Source: Acaryochloris thomasi RCC1774 (lineage in GTDB: Bacteria > Cyanobacteriota > Cyanobacteriia > Thermosynechococcales > Thermosynechococcaceae). Taken from it: a stretch of DNA of 24,000 nt. Below, in pieces: positions 23,968 through 24,000 of this stretch (within the stretch, counting starts at the first letter, position 1; each line of letters starts with the position of its first letter). Position numbers and translations under genes: made by a program. The stretch is from assembly GCF_003231495.1 (NCBI RefSeq), contig NZ_PQWO01000015.1, forward strand, positions 1,493-25,492, given 5' to 3'. The notes below the pieces were generated by a model that ran no database searches, was not told the DNA's origin, and saw only the letters and a list, made by a program, of their open reading frames with translations.

Positions 23968-24000
23968 TAGGTTGAGTCCTTTCTCTTCTGCTGCCTCAGA

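Overview
This window looks like cyanobacterial chromosome. The HIP1 octamer GCGATCGC occurs 10 times by my eye-count. I saw no rRNA, tRNA, CRISPR array, transposase or integrase. Positions 1-18855 are one long run of minus-strand genes.
(i) 1-10.1 kb is a Wzy-type surface or exopolysaccharide locus. It holds one clear PAPS-type sulfotransferase cut by the window edge, a second sulfotransferase-like ORF, three GT4 glycosyltransferases, a Wzy/O-antigen-ligase-like polytopic membrane protein, a class I SAM methyltransferase and a Wzz/Wzc-type co-polymerase/BY-kinase. Much of this region is AT-rich and free of HIP1.
(ii) 10.6-16.3 kb is the most unusual part. In transcription order it encodes an HPr-kinase-like P-loop protein, a cyanoexosortase-family protein, a coiled-coil membrane protein, a 325-nt gap with small ORFs, a PqqD-like RRE (lasso B1-like), a transglutaminase-fold Cys protease (lasso B2-like) and an ABC exporter. 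No asparagine-synthetase-like lasso cyclase is present anywhere in the window.
(iii) ligA and a SemiSWEET-like small membrane protein follow.
(iv) 18.9-24 kb contains an orphan terminator-bounded short transcription unit and a GNAT acetyltransferase. It also has two convergent secreted proteins with overlapping stop codons and an overlapping DUF2064/GT2 pair (TIGR04282/TIGR04283-like). The last two genes are a secreted Gly/Ala-rich protein with an internal duplication and a hypothetical ORF still open at the window edge.
All family assignments come from motif reading by eye, not from database searches.
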